64,000 nucleotides of DNA from NCBI GenBank assembly GCA_030264375.1, contig JASCQW010000072.1, positions 73,682,761 to 73,746,760 on the forward strand, in the 5' to 3' direction. Positions 38,971 to 52,899 of the stretch are shown here, piece after piece. A model generated the notes under the pieces. The model ran no database searches, was not told the origin of the DNA, and saw only the letters and a program-made list of their open reading frames with translations. Origin of the DNA: Carcharhinus longimanus (taxonomy: Eukaryota). Positions within the stretch are counted from its first letter, which is position 1. Every line of letters starts with the position of its first letter. The translations under genes were made by a program, and so were the position numbers.

Positions 38971-39994
38971 CTTGTATGAGTGATGGGTTACTTAATCCAA
39001 TTTTCAATAGTTAACTAACCATTTAATTATAATGGTTAATTTTGCATTTAAATTGTTTCATCCCTCTTCATCTCTGTAATACTCAGCTGCACTATAGCAT
39101 GACTCACCTCCCCGCCCCTTCCAGCTGCTTCAGATCTTTTCACTAGTTTGACTTGAGCTTCATCTGCATCATCTCCTCAGTTTACCCCATTATTGACAAC
39201 TGGCGACCCCTGTTGCCAAAGCTTATGCTTTCAAATTTCTCTATTTGAAAACTCTCCACTTTTCTTTTTACTTGAACAATCGTTGCTAATAATCCACCTA
39301 TATGACCAAGCATTAGGTTGCACTTATTGCACTTCTGATATGTCTTTGAATTTTTTTTATTTATTCATGCATGGAATGTTGGCATCGCTGCTAAGCCAGC
39401 ATTTATTGCCCCTCCCTAATTGTCCTTGAGAAGCATTGGTGAGCTGCCTTCTTGAACCACTTCAGTCGCTGAGTTGTAGGTAAACCCACAGTGCTGCTAA
39501 GGAGGGGCATCCAGGGTTTTGACCTACAACTTTCTACATTAGATGTTATGTAAATACATTTTATGTCATTACAAGATACTTTTATTTCTAAAATACAACA
39601 CTGGTGCAAAAAAGTGAAATGAAAGCATTGCATTCACGCAGTATCTCTTCAAGCATTTTGTTTACATTGGGTTACTTGGAGGTCTACTAACTGGCTGCTG
39701 TGTTGGCTATAACACAATAGACACGGTAATACCCCATAAATAGATGAATGAGTGATCAATTTTTCTTAGCAGGATTAGTTCGTGGAGGAATTTTATTTGG
39801 AACATTGGGAAGCTCCCCACTTTTTAAATAGTGGCTTGGGAATTTTAATATTCACCTGAGAAACTGGGAGAAATGGAATCTCAATTTAAATAGCTTGTTT
39901 AATACTTCTGGCAATTTATCACTACCTCAATACAGTCAGCACTGTCAACCTAGTTAAGAATGTACAAGGTTTTTAGTGGACCTTGAAACTACCA

Positions 39995-40285
39995 GCTTCT
40001 AACTCGGTCCTGCTGCAACTGTTCAGGGTACTGGTGAGGCCGCAGCTGGAGTACTGTGTGCAGTTTTGGTCGCCGCACTTGAGGAAGGATATATTGGCCT
40101 NNNNNNNNNNNNNNNNNNNNNNNNNNNNNNNNNNNNNNNNNNNNNNNNNNNNNNNNNNNNNNNNNNNNNNNNNNNNNNNNNNNNNNNNNNNNNNNNNNNN
40201 AGATCAGCCATGATCGTATTGAATGGCGGGGCAGGCTCGAAGGGCTAGATGGCCTACTCCTGCTCCTATTTCTTATGTTCTTATG
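39995..40285 (+). mobile_element. CR1/HER1 LINE 3' fragment spanning a gap
   Basis: VLLQLFRVLVRPQLEYCVQFWSPHLRKDILA plus the conserved 3' tail. Confidence 0.9.
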
Positions 40286-40889
40286 AAAGGTGAGATTTGG
40301 TACAGAGCAGGAAATTATTCTACTCAGGGATACATACATTTGGTGTACTATAGAAACCATTTTGTCCAGCACTATATAAATTGTGTTGATATACAAACAT
40401 AAGGGAAAAAACAGATGTTTTTCATATTCCCTCTGGCATTTTTGAAAATATTGATTTTATCTTGAGTCTTCACAAGTACCTTTGTGGTAAAATTGTTTTC
40501 ATGAAGAATGTTTTTTTTTGAAATAGGGCAGGTACTTGTCTCAATTTGTTCAATTTCGCAAATAACACTGCTTATACCTCTCCTTGCTATTTTTGCTAAA
40601 TTGACAGGTGAACACTCTAAGAACAATACATAAAATCATTGCTAGATTGGTTGTGGGTTTTACGCCTCTTAATTTCTTTGTGGTTCATCTTTGGCCCCAG
40701 TAGCCTCCTCAGTCCAGTGGTTACCCAGTAGAATCTGCCCAAGCTATTCTGAGGATTTCAGAAATGACATTCTTGTGATTTCTACTTCTTTTCTAACCTT
40801 TAAATTCCACCTACCCACCAGTAACTGAGAGGGGGAGTCATGACAAATGGACATTGTTGATTTCATTCCATTTTTTACTTATTTATAAA

Positions 40890-41490
40890 TCAAGGAATGT
40901 GGCTTCACTGGCTAGGCCAGCATTTATTGTCCATCTCTGATTACCTTTAGATTGGTAGTGGTGAGCTGTGTTGAACCACTGCAAAACTGGGTGTAGAACC
41001 CAGTTCCAGGAATTTTGACCCATCAACAGTGGAGGAACGGTGATATATTTCCAAGTCAGGATGGTGAGTGGCTTGGAGATCTTCCAGGTGGTAATGTTCT
41101 CATGTGTCTGCTGTCCTTGTCCTCCTAGTGTGGTATTTGTGAATTTGGAAGGTGTTGCCTAAGGAGTTTTGTTAAGTTCCTGCAGTGCATCTTGTAGATG
41201 ACACACAATACCACCGCTGTGCCATCAGTTGTTGATGGGGTACCAATCAAGTGGGCTGCTTTGTCCTGAATGGTGTTGAACCTCTTGAATGTTGTTGGGT
41301 CAGCACACAGTCAGGCAAGTGGAGCATATTCCTGACTTGTGCCTTGAAGATTGTGGACAGACTTTGGGAAGTCAGGAGATAAATTACTCGCTACAAGAGT
41401 TCCCAACTTCTGACCTGCTCTTGTAGCCACAGTATTTATATGATTTGTCCAGTTCAGTTTCTGGTCAATGATAACCCCCAGGATGTTGAA
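40890..41490 (-). mobile_element. CR1-superfamily LINE 3' region
   Basis: ggccagcatttattg.ccatc..taatt.ccttgag family end, repeated at 13080, 15730, 39400, 41920, 44460, 45600, 51400. Confidence 0.7.
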
Positions 41491-41576
41491 TGTAAAACTT
41501 CTTGGATATTACCTATCAAGGAAATGTTTCTTGAACCACTTCTTGTCTTTTCAAGTTATTGCTTCATTTTCTTTAG

Positions 41577-41814
41577 GGGTGACCTGGATAAGCAAATCTT
41601 AGAGATGCTATTTACATGGGCACAATGCAACGTGAGTGTACCAGGCTGCATCAATAAACTAATTCAGGCAATGAAGGAGAGTGATCGCGAAGATATTGCC
41701 GAAGAAGTGCGTTGCATTATTGAACTGGGAAGGAAGAAATATCATGATTCCATTCGCCGAGTAGGACTGAGCCAAGAAAGCAGTAATGAAGATTCAGCTA
41801 TAGCAATGGTGTAA
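41577..41814 (+). CDS. PIDD1: PIDD1 terminal coding exon (death domain, second part, stop TAA)
   Basis: ctttag|G GGT...; (R)GDLDKQILEMLFTWAQCNVSVPGCINKLIQAMKESDREDIAEEVRCIIELGRKKYHDSIRRVGLSQESSNEDSAIAMV*. Confidence 0.96.
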
Positions 41815-44439
41815 CCTGGGAAATACTGCAACTATAGACAATGCATATGAACCTTCCTGGTGATTCTTGAAGATAGAGAGGTTTTTATTTATTTATTCAT
41901 TTTTGGATGTCACTGGGTAGGCCAGCATTTATTGCCCATCCCTAATTAGCATTGAGAAGGTGATGCTGAGCTGCCTCCTTGAACCGCTCTAGTCCATGTG
42001 GTGCAGGTCCACCCACAATGCTGTGAGGGAGGGAGTTCCCGAGTTCTATTTTAGACTTTTATTTTTGCTGGCAAAAGATGTTCATGGGGGACAGTGAATT
42101 CTCAGCATTGCATGGAGAATGGGTCAATATATGCAACTTCCACAGAGCTCATTCCATATAAGTATCAAGAATCACTGTGGTTGTGTTTTACAGAGAAAGC
42201 CAACAAGCTTTTATGACAGCACCAATTGATTTGTAGTGATGTGCAATTTACAATTTGATTTTAGCTACATGATGGGCAATTTTATTCTGTGCATGTTACC
42301 CAGGATAGCATACCTTGCACTTAGTTTAAAATGTCAAGTGAATTTCTTTATCCTTAATGGTGAGGGGTGTCAACAGTGCACCATGGAGGTTCACCACATG
42401 GTAAGAAGCCATCCAACTCATTAAATCTGCAGTGTTTTTCTCAACCTGAGCTACCTAATCTAATCCAACTCTGTTACTTGCTCACTTTGCAGCTTAAATC
42501 TGGAAAATGGGCTTCTTTGCCATTTATTTGCATAAGCCCCTGGTATCACTGAGTTCACCATAGGGTGAACTTGGATTGGAATTCTAGTGCATCACCCAGC
42601 TGCTGTGTGCCACCCTTTACAGCATGAATGAAGGATAAGGTTGGTGAACCTGCAATGACAGGCAGCCTCTGCTTCCTTGCAAAGGAGTTACACTAATGAG
42701 TTTCTGTACTAAAATTTGCATTGTTTAGATGACCTTTGTCCCTAGTGTTTACCAGGCCCAAGTAAAGTAAATTAATTAGTAAACCTTGCCTGGTGAAGTT
42801 AGATTTCTGAAGGTGCCAGTGGCAGTTCCCACACAGCTCCAACGTGGTATCTTCCCAGCTCTAGCTAGTGTGATTTTTTTTTTCATTTTCATCCTTTTTT
42901 GTCACATTGATTGCAATTTGCAACTTATGTCAACTAAAGAGTTCTCTTTCTTTTGTGTAAATTTAGCTACCCATGGAGCATTATAAAAATTTACTACAAT
43001 CAACTACAAGGTTTTACGAGGGGTATAATTAGTGTTAACATCCAGAGAAAAGAGTGATTAAAGTGGGAACAATTTTTTGATATACTGGTATTTCTTTATT
43101 TAAAAATGACAGGTGCACAGAGCAGCATGGGTTATTCCTTTCTAGTACAGAACAGTATGCCAATATTTTGCCACATGTACTGCACATGACATAGTATAGA
43201 AACAAATACAGATATTAATTGAACTGGATCTATAGGTATATCAGTACATAATATACAGTCTATAGTAGCCTTCACGTCAAATGTTTGTCATACTTACTCC
43301 ACCAAGCTGAAGCCAAGTAAGCCTAATGGTTTCTGGATGTATTTAAATGTTTCTATTTATTTAGCTGTGTGTGCAAATATGAATGTGGGTATTATGTTTA
43401 TGTTGGCTTTTTTTTGCACTAATCTTTAATGTTTTCATTCAGGATTGCACTGAATTTAAGAGCCTAATTTGTAAATTTGTTCTCCTTCAAATATTGCAGC
43501 TACTTCATTTTAATGTAACATCAAACTTACAGGAGTTGCATGTGAGTCATAAACAGTGTATACTTAGGAATTCATTTATTCTAAAATGAGTACACAGGAG
43601 AAATATCGATTGCCTTTAGTTTTCAACACATATGGAAAATTGGTAATAACTTATGCATCTTATGAGAAAATTGCATCCTAAGAAAAATAGGACAGGGTTT
43701 TACAGCCTCACTCATCCCGCAACCTTAAGGTCAATGGACTTTCCCATTGTCTGCCCTTCACCCGCTCCAATTCCTGTGGTGGGTGAAGTGTAAAATTCCA
43801 GCCATAGAGTCAGTCTTTAACATGTGAGTAATCTGATGCAGCCACCCACAAGTATAAACTATCAGTTGTCTAGGTCGAATCAATAAATGAATGACATATC
43901 TAAGAGGACACTGCATCCCAGGGATTTGTTCTGTTTTTACCAGTCTCTGAAAATGAAATGTAGGCTGGTTGGGTCAGTCCAGTGCAATAATATGTTACCT
44001 CTAAAGATATGACTTTTTTCACAATTGGTATGTGCTTTAGGCATTTATCTTACTAAATTATCTGCCACTGTTCTAATGCTTATTTACATTTCAGATTATA
44101 GTTTAACAACACCATAAAATATATAAAGATGAGCATGCGCATTCAGGCTACCTTAATACATTCATTGTGAAATAATCCAAATATTGCAAGGATTTTCACT
44201 TCTCAATAGTCATTTAACACAGTTAAACAAAGAGAAACATTTATCCTTGCAATAACACTGATAACATGGTGGGTCACAGGCTTTTAACAAGTTGTGGATA
44301 TGTCTGTCATTCCTTCACTCATATGTTGAGGGAGGAGATTTGTTTTCCTGGGGATTAACCCTTCCTCACCCATAGATTTTGACCTTAAAGCATTCCATTT
44401 GCCTCACTTGCACCCCCTTTTTTTATTTTTTCATTCACA

Positions 44440-47100
44440 GGATGTGGGAATTGCTGACAAGGCCAGCATTTATTGCCCATCCATAACTGCCCTAGAAGAG
44501 ATGGTGGTGAGCCACCACCATTAATGGCTGCAGACAGGTTAGTGAAGGTACACACTCTGTGCTTTTAGGGAGGGAGTGCCAGGATTTTGACCCCGACGAC
44601 AGTAAAAGAACAGCAATATATTTTAAAGTCAGAATAGTGTGTGACTTGGAGGTCAACTCATTTGCCGGCTGCCCTTATCATTCCAAACAGTGGAGGTCAC
44701 AGATTTTGAAAGTGCTGCAAAAAGAGCCTTGGCTCATTTCTACAGAGCACCTTCTAGATGGAACACATTGTAGATATAGCATGCTGGTAGTGGAAGAAGC
44801 CAATATTTAAGGTGATGGACATGATACCAGACACATGGGATACTGTGTCCTGAAGGGTGTCAGTCTTTTTGAGTGTTGCTGGAGCTGCACTCATCCAGGT
44901 GAATGGAGAATATTATATCAAACTCCTGACACTTTCCTTGTAGTTAGTGCAAAGGCTTTGGGGAGTTAGACGGTGAGTCGCTTACTGCAGAATGTTAAAC
45001 ATCTGACACGTTCTTGTAGCCACAGTATTTATGTAACTTGTCTAATTATGTTTCTGGTCAACAATGACCTCCATAAGAACATAAGAAATAGGAGCAGGAG
45101 TAGGCCATCTAGCCCCTCGAGCCTGCCCCGCCATTCAATAAGATCANNNNNNNNNNNNNNNNNNNNNNNNNNNNNNNNNNNNNNNNNNNNNNNNNNNNNN
45201 NNNNNNNNNNNNNNNNNNNNNNNNNNNNNNNNNNNNNNNNNNNNNNATCCCCCTCGCTATAAAGGCCAACATTCCATTCGCCTTCTTGATCACCTGCTGC
45301 ACCTGCAGACTGGGGTTTTGCGACCAGGATGTTGATGTTGAGGAATTCAGTGGAGATAATGTTATTGAATGTCTGCTTTGAGATTGGATTTTGCCTTATT
45401 GGAGATGGCCGTTGCCTAGTATGTATGTTTCTTGGCACTTATTAGCCAAATTCTGAATACTTTCCAATTTTATAACATGCGACTTCAGACGACTTCAGTG
45501 TTATGAGGTGTTCCAAATGGAACTGAACCTTGTGCAATTTCAGTGAATGTCCCAACTTTTAAAAAAATTCATTTACAGGATGTGAGCGTTGTTGGCTGGT
45601 TCAACATTTATTGTCCACCCCTAACTATCCTTGAGAAGGTGATGGTGAGCTGCCTTCTTCAACCACTTGCAGTCACTGGGGTATAGATACACGCACAGTG
45701 CTGGAGTTATAGGATTTTGACCTAGCGACAATGAAGGCACGGTGATATATTTTCAAGTCAGGATGGTGAGTGTGTTGGAAGGGACCTTTGAGGTGGTCGT
45801 GTTCCCACATGTCTTTGGATTTATAACGAAGGGAACATTATTCATAAAGCAGCTACTGGATGTTAGGCCTAGAACACCTTCCTGAGGAACTCTTTCAGGG
45901 CTGAAATGACTGACTCCATCCAGTGGAGATCTTCCCAGTTACAGTTCTTTGATGCCACATTTGCTCAAATGCTGTCTTGACATCAGGTGTAGTTAATCTC
46001 ACCACTCTTCTAGAATTCAGCTTTATTGTCCATGTTTGGAACAAGGCTTTAATGAGGACTGAAACTGAGTATTCTTAGTGGAACCCAAACTGCCATCAGC
46101 CAGTAGGTTATTGGTGAGTAAATAGCACTTGATAGCACTGTCAATGACATTGTCGACAGTGGTCAATGATCAAGAGTAGACTGACGGGGCCATAATTAAC
46201 AGGGTTGTAATTGTCCTGTTTTCTGTGAACTGGTTTTATTTGGGCAATTTTCCACATTGTCATGTAGATGTCAGCACTGGAACTGTACTGTAACAGTTTG
46301 GCTGGAATCTCAGATACTTCTGTGGAACAAATCTTCAGCACAAAAGCTGGAATGTTGTCATGCCCTTAGCCTTTGCTGTATCCAGCGTGCTCAGCTGTTT
46401 CTTGATATCATTTAGAATGAATCAAATTGGCTGAAGACTGGCATCTGTAGTGTTGGGGACATCAGGAGGAAACCAAGATAGAACATCACCTTGGCACTTA
46501 TGGCTAAATGTAATTTCAAATGCTTCAACCTTATCTTTTGGGCTCATTCAAGACTCCAGCACCATTAAGGATTAGGATATCTGTAATTTTTTCCACCACC
46601 TTACACAACTGGATGTGGCAGGACTGCAGATCCTTGTCATAAGAGTCATAGAATTTTACAACACAATAAGAGGCCCTTTAGTCCATCGTGTCTGTGTCAG
46701 CCATCAAGTATCTATTTATTCTAAACCCATTTTCAAGCACTTGATCTGTAGCTTGATCTTGATCTGACCCATTGGTCATGGAATCACTTAGCTGTCTATT
46801 GCCTGGTACATCAACTGATTAGCATGCAAATAGTCTGATGTAGTAGATTCATCAGTTTTGCACTTCATTTTTAGTTAGACCCAAGTACATTTTGTGTCCT
46901 TGATACCATCAGTATTTCTTCCAAGTGGTGTTAAACATGGAGGAGTACTAATTTATTAGATGAGAGAGGATGGTAGATTAATCAGCAGGATAGTTCCTTA
47001 CCCATGTTTAACCTGATGCCATCAGACTTCATGGAATCCTGTGTTAATGTTGAAGACTCCCAGAACCATTCCCTCCTGATTGTGTACCCCTGAGCCACCA
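44440..47100 (-). mobile_element. Long degenerate CR1-superfamily LINE with nested CR1 pieces
   Basis: Reverse-strand RT motifs MWKIAQIKPVHRKQDNYNPVNYGPVSLLLII (46141-46341); nested HER1-type fragment 45073-45325. Confidence 0.8.
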
Positions 47101-49726
47101 CTGCACTGACTCCCAATACTCATATGTCTATTGTTTTTAATCAACAGCTGCAGCAAAAAAAATGTAGATGATAGTGTCATCTAAAGTACTTAGTGACTTC
47201 GATATTTCCTTAATTAAATCCAATTATAAATTATGAATATAATTTGGAATTAGAAACATTGTGTTAAGCATTCAAAATAAAAACAAAGTTAAATTGTTCA
47301 TGTAAAATTAAGCTGCTGAAGTTACATGTCCTGTTGGCTAAGTTGAAAATTCTATTTATAAAACTGTTTAACAGTAAAATGTGAAAGGAAATGTATAAAA
47401 TGTGTCCTTCTGTGATCATGGTCATGTAGAGTGAGCACTCTGAGGTCCTCCAGTGAACTTGGACATATAGGCTGAGGATGCTGTGGTCTTCCTGAGATCA
47501 TGGACATACAGACTGAGGTGCTCCTTACACAATTACCATGCATTGGAGCATGAATGGGCTGTTCAACCGCTTGAGTTTGTTTTGTTATTCAATGAGATCA
47601 TTGTGATGGTGGAGCTGGACTACCCATCTGCCTGGGCCAGTAATAATTTATCAAATAAATTATTAACTGAGTTAGCAGCTTTGTTTTTGTTGTAGAGAAC
47701 ATAACATAAGAAATAGGAGCAGGAGTAGGCCATCTGGCCCTTCAAGCCTGCCCCGCCATTCAATAAGATCATGGCTGATNNNNNNNNNNNNNNNNNNNNN
47801 NNNNNNNNNNNNNNNNNNNNNNNNNNNNNNNNNNNNNNNNNNNNNNNNNNNNNNNGGTCTGGAATGTACTACCTGAAAGTGTGGTAGAGGCAGGTTCAGT
47901 TGAGGCATTCAACTTTGTTTTAAATGATTAGTTGAATAGAAACAGTGTTGGGCTTTGGGAAGAGACAGAAGAATGGCACTAAGTTACAATGCTCATTAGG
48001 AAAGCCAGTGTAGAAATGAGGGGCTGAATGGCCTCCTGTGCCGTAACAATTCTGTGATTTTAAGGTTATGTCCACTCATTCTAATCTCCACCACAAGTGA
48101 AAAAGTTTCTCTCCACCCTATCAATTCCTTTCAAATTTCTAAAAATCTCAAGCAAGTTACCCCTTAACTCTCTATATTCCAGGAAGTACAAGCCTAGTTT
48201 ATGTACACTGTCATCATAATCTAATCTTTGGAACCCTGATAACATTCTGCTGAATCTATACTGCACCCTTTCCAGGACGAATGTGTCCTTTCTAAGCTAC
48301 ACTTCCTAGAATTATAATGTGGTCCAAAACAAGGATTGTAAAGCCATAGCGAAACTTTCTCCCCTTATATATTCTTGCCTGCTTGTTATAAAGGCTTCAG
48401 ACATTTAGAGTAAGTGCATTGAGGTCTGCTTAAGATCTAAGCAGTACTGAGGGATGCTCCAAGTCAATTGCCATTGGCTAAACCAAAGCGCAAACTGTGC
48501 TAGTGGATGTAAATTCGTAATTTGACCCGGACATTGCTGGCCTCCCCAACCCCCAGTGACCCAGACAGCGCTAGCCAGCCCATCCCTCAGTGACCTGGAC
48601 GTTGCTGGCCTCCCTCCCCCACCAACCCTGACTGCAGAGTGGCAGTGGGACTCCCCTGCCCCCAATAGGTCCCAGCCCCTTGGCACTGTCCAATGACCAA
48701 TGGACAGTGCCAAGATGTCCCCTCGACTTTGGCACTTTGCCTTTTGGGCAGTGCTGGCAGCTCAAGCTGACACTGCCAAGGTGCCAGTGCTCATGGGGCA
48801 CCCCCCTGTGCCTGACCTTCTGGAGGGGGGCTGGCTTGTCGGGNNNNNNNNNNNNNNNNNNNNNNNNNNNNNNNNNNNNNNNNNNNNNNNNNNNNNNNNN
48901 NNNNNNNNNNNNNNNNNNNNNNNNNNNNNNNNNNNNNNNNNNNCTAAGCCTGCTAATGCCATTTAAATTACATTGTCCCAATTGTTTCTAATGCAGCTCC
49001 AAGCCAATTTCTGGCACAGAACTGACAGCGCTGGGAGACACGCTCAGGGCTGGACGACCAGGTGAATCCCACGGATCAGGTGCCACCTAAATCTCCTGGC
49101 CCACTGCGCGATAAAAGCAGCACAGTGAGATGGGAGAATTGCTCTGAGTATCTGTGGGGTCCTTGATTATGCTGGCTGCTTTTCCAAGGCAGTGGAAGTG
49201 TAGATGGAGTTAATGGATGGGAAGCTGGTTTGCGTGATGGACTGGCCAATGCTGCTACTTAAAGGAAAGCAGAGAAGTCCTCTCAATGGCCTAGCCAACA
49301 TTTACCCTTCAACCCATACAGTTAAACCATTGAATGAGTTATTTATCTGATTGCTGCTGTGGAAGTTGACTTACATAAATTGTTGTTTTCCAAAAATACA
49401 AAAGTGATTGCACTTCAGAAAAGTGCTTCCTTGATTGTAATGTTCTAAGGGACATGCAGAGCTACCTTAAATATGAAAGTCCTTTTCTTTGTGTATCTCC
49501 ATAAAATCATGTAACAGACATTTCTCAAGGCTGAAAAGTCCAGCACCTTTTCTAGTTTTTAAGCCTGAACCTACAGTCTGAATTAAGATGGGGAAGGAAA
49601 TGCGACATCTTTAAAGAACAACTGTTTGTAATGGCCCCTACAGCAGATTATTGTGAAATCAGTCTCTAAATTAACACATAACATTGAATTGAACAATTTC
49701 CAATCTTAATCACTGAGCCCACTGTT

Positions 49727-50222
49727 TCTCAACACCAAGTTAAAGTCCAACAAGCTTTGAGTATTGCTCCTTCCGCAGGTGAGTGAAGAGTTGTGTTCAC
49801 AAACAGGGCATACATAGACCCAGACTCAAATTACAAGATAATAGTTTGAATGAGAGTCTTTACAGGTACAGACACATGAGGACGGCCTCAACCAGAATCT
49901 TGGGTTCATGATATACTATCTATAACCCCCATGACTTGCCTGGGCTTGCAAAATCTCACTAACTGTCCTGGCTGGAGACAATTCACACCTCTAACTTCTG
50001 CTTAACCTTCTCTCCACTCATTTTCTGCACCTGTAAAGACTCGTATTCCAACCATTGTCTTGCAAATTGAGTTTGTGTCTATGTATGCCCTGTTTGTGAA
50101 CACAACTATTCACTCACCTGAGGAAGGAGCAACACTCGAAAGCTTGCACTAAACCTATTGGATTTTAACTTGGTGTTGAGAGACTTCTTACTGTGCTTAC
50201 CCCAGTCCAATCTCCACATCAT
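49727..50222. mobile_element. Penelope-like element remnant with ~140-bp inverted repeat, GIY-YIG C-terminal remnant and hammerhead motif
   Basis: Arms ~49727-49868 and ~50028-50182 are reverse complements; the spacer encodes THEDGLNQNLGFM; CTGAGGA...GAAA at 50118-50141. Confidence 0.75.
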
Positions 50223-50439
50223 GCGCACTGTATTGGACAACAGATTTTGCTAATGATTTGGCTGTTGCCATTATGGCTCCCCTAGACCTATCTTTTAATT
50301 CATAATTGGTCCTCCAACACATTTTCTTGCACCATCATCATATCATTAATCAGTTATGCACCTTGTTCTTCTTTCACGCCTCTCCAGCTCCTTTCCCTGC
50401 CTTTGTCCTTGCTTAAAATCAGACATGGACATGGGTTGA

Positions 50440-51445
50440 ATCCAGAGGTGAGCTAAAAATGACTGCCCTTGACATCAAGACAGCAAAATTGAAGTGAATG
50501 GGATTCAAGGACAATATGGTTATGGTGGTTGGAGGTCAATCATCTCAGATGCAGGATGTCACTACAGGAGTTCCTCAGAATAATCACTAGGCCCAGCCAT
50601 TTTCAGCTGCTTCATTAAGTGCCTTTCCTTTTACCTAAGGGCAGAGGTGGGTGTGTTTGCTGATAATTGCACAGTGTTCAGTATCGTTCACAATGCCTCA
50701 GATAATGAAGCCATCCACACCTACATGTTGTAAGAACTGGATGATATTCAAGCTTCGGTTGGTGACCATTTCTAGCAAATGAGTACCTAACCATCTCGAC
50801 CGAGCGCCCAATGCCAAACCACAACCTTAGGTTATTATTGATCAAGAACTTAACTGGACCAGCCACATAAATATTGTGGCTACAAAAGCAGATAAATCAG
50901 GCTGGGAATTCTGTGATGACTAATTCACCTCCTGACTCCCCAAAGCCAGGTTAAGTCAGGATTGTGATGGAATACTTTCCAATTGTGCAGAAAAGTGCAG
51001 CTCCAACAATAGTCAAAAACTTGACACCATCCTAAAAAAGCAGACCATTTGATTCACACCCTATTCACCACTTTAAGCATTCATTCCCTCTAAACCATAG
51101 CAGCCTGTGCCCCATCAACAAGATGCACTTGCCAAGCTCCAACAGTATCTTCCAAACTCAAAACCTCTACCACCTAGAGGAACAAGCACAGCAAATGCAT
51201 GGGAACACCAGTACCTGCAAGTTCCTCTGCAAGTCACATAATATACTGACTTCAAACTATATTGTCAGCCCTTCACTGTAGCTAGATCAAAGTCCTGGAA
51301 TTTCTAATCCTCTCTAATAGCACTCTGGGTGTACCAATACCATATGGACTGCACCATTGAGGATTACCATCACCTTCTCAAGGGCAGTTAGGATAGACAA
51401 TAAATGCTGACCTAGCCAGTAATGCTCACATTCCATGAATGATTA
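50440..51445 (+). mobile_element. CR1-superfamily LINE RT/3' fragment
   Basis: Remnants of GVPQ.S.LGP..FSCFI and FADNCTV; family 3' end caataaatgctg.cctagccag. Confidence 0.75.
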
Positions 51446-52267
51446 AAATAAAATCTCTGACTTTTACTGATGAAAATTCATCAACCTGAGAGGTTAACTT
51501 TGTTTTTCTCTCCACAGATGCTGACAGACTTCAGTACTTAGAACAATTTTTGCTTCTATTCTTAATTAATGGGTTGTTTAGAATATTAATACTCAGTATC
51601 TAGCATGGAAGATGTACAAAATAAGGAGAGAATAAATTACAAGGAATGATCAATAATCCTGTCACATTTCTTGATTCTGTACAAACTATAACCATTGAAA
51701 TAGCATTCAGTTTGTTATTTACTTCAGGCTATTAATTGATACTCACCACGTTAAAAGTTTTTGGTGTTCAAGAAATGTTGCAGCAGAAATCTGTCTGTGT
51801 TATCTGGACTGGACCCTCCTTTGAGAGCATGTGTGAATTTTACTTTAAGCCATCTGTGACTGCATGAGATAGTGAATTGCCTGCAGAATGTTGTGTTTTA
51901 TGTTCTGAGGGGGAAGAAAGTCTTAAATAAGTGCATAAGCGTAATTTGAGAACACACCAGACACCCTGGATCTCAGACAGCATTATACAAGCTGTACAAA
52001 TAGATTGAAGATGCACAGTACACCCAGTGCTAATAAATTGAAGAATGGTTGGTGATAGTCCATAAAATTAATAAATAAACTTAAACTGAGGAGGACACAA
52101 AAGTATATAGATAGGTTATGTGAGTAGGCAACAAATTTGACAGATGGAGTATATTGTGGGAAAGTGTCCATTTTCTTGCTGATATTTTCTACATTGCTGC
52201 ACAGGGAATGTAACATTTCCCTATTTTCATCATTCCCATTTAATTAAGTTTTCTTTAACAAGTATTT

Positions 52268-52575
52268 CATAGAATCCCTACAGTGCAGAGGAGACCATTT
52301 GGCCCATGGAGCCTGCACTGACAACAATCCCACCCAGGCCCTATGCCCATAACCCATGTCACCCTGCCAATTCCCTTGACATTAAGCAGCAATTTAGCAT
52401 GGCCAATCAAGCTAACCTGCACATCTTTGGACTGTGGGAGGAAACTGGAGCATCTGGAGGAAACCCACACAGACACAGGGAGAACATGCAAACTCCACGC
52501 AGACAATGACCTGGGGCTGGAACCAAACCTGGGGCCCTGGCACAGTGAGGCAGCAATACTAACCACTTTGCCGCT
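52268..52575 (-). mobile_element. HE1-type SINE, full length
   Basis: catagaatccctacagtgcag tail, V core and tRNA-like head on the reverse strand. Confidence 0.88.
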
Positions 52576-52899
52576 GTGCAGTCTGTGTTATTACTTTTCA
52601 TAACCTTTTTTGTTCCTGCACCATTTATGACACCATTATCATTTTTTGCACTCTGACCTTTGTTCTGATGTTATCTTTCGGATAGCATTGTTCCACCAGC
52701 CACCCACTCCCTTCACTTTACTGGTTTAAAGTCCTTTCACTGGCACTACTAGTTCTTTTCCACTTGGAACTTTAGATCCCAGCTATACAGTTCCTTCCGG
52801 TGTCACTTGTACCTCCTTGGACTGCTTCTTTCTTCAAGTTGACTTGTTTAGTTTTCTGACCATTACTCCTGCAGCCTTACGAGATTGAAAACATAATTA

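Larger units (their letters stand above)
5042..41814 (+). other. PIDD1: PIDD1 gene span (3' part: 10 coding exons, 468 aa + stop; ZU5, ZU5, UPA, death domain); 5' LRR exons outside the window
   Basis: Exons 5042-5224, 5362-5509, 10948-11083, 24138-24288, 25215-25338, 27754-27872, 31954-32061, 33255-33327, 37956-38082 and 41577-41814 join in frame (1407 nt) with AG/GT boundaries. The protein matches recalled human PIDD1 motifs (HFSWFLVVSR, WYWLWYTTK, GPEPSD.VEMFEGE.FFA.FE.GI, DRPDCV.GRI.F.FYSHLKN, W.ATLPIKLP, PLNLGD.ETG.LT, ELGR.KY.DSIRR.GL). Confidence 0.96.

Noticed and set aside
5042-41814. Calling the gene DTHD1, ankyrin or UNC5 (other ZU5-UPA-DD proteins)
   Set aside because: The two HFSW motifs and long residue-level matches (WYWLWYTTK, GPEPSD.VEMFEGE, DRPDCV.GRI, ATLPIKLP) are specific to PIDD1.
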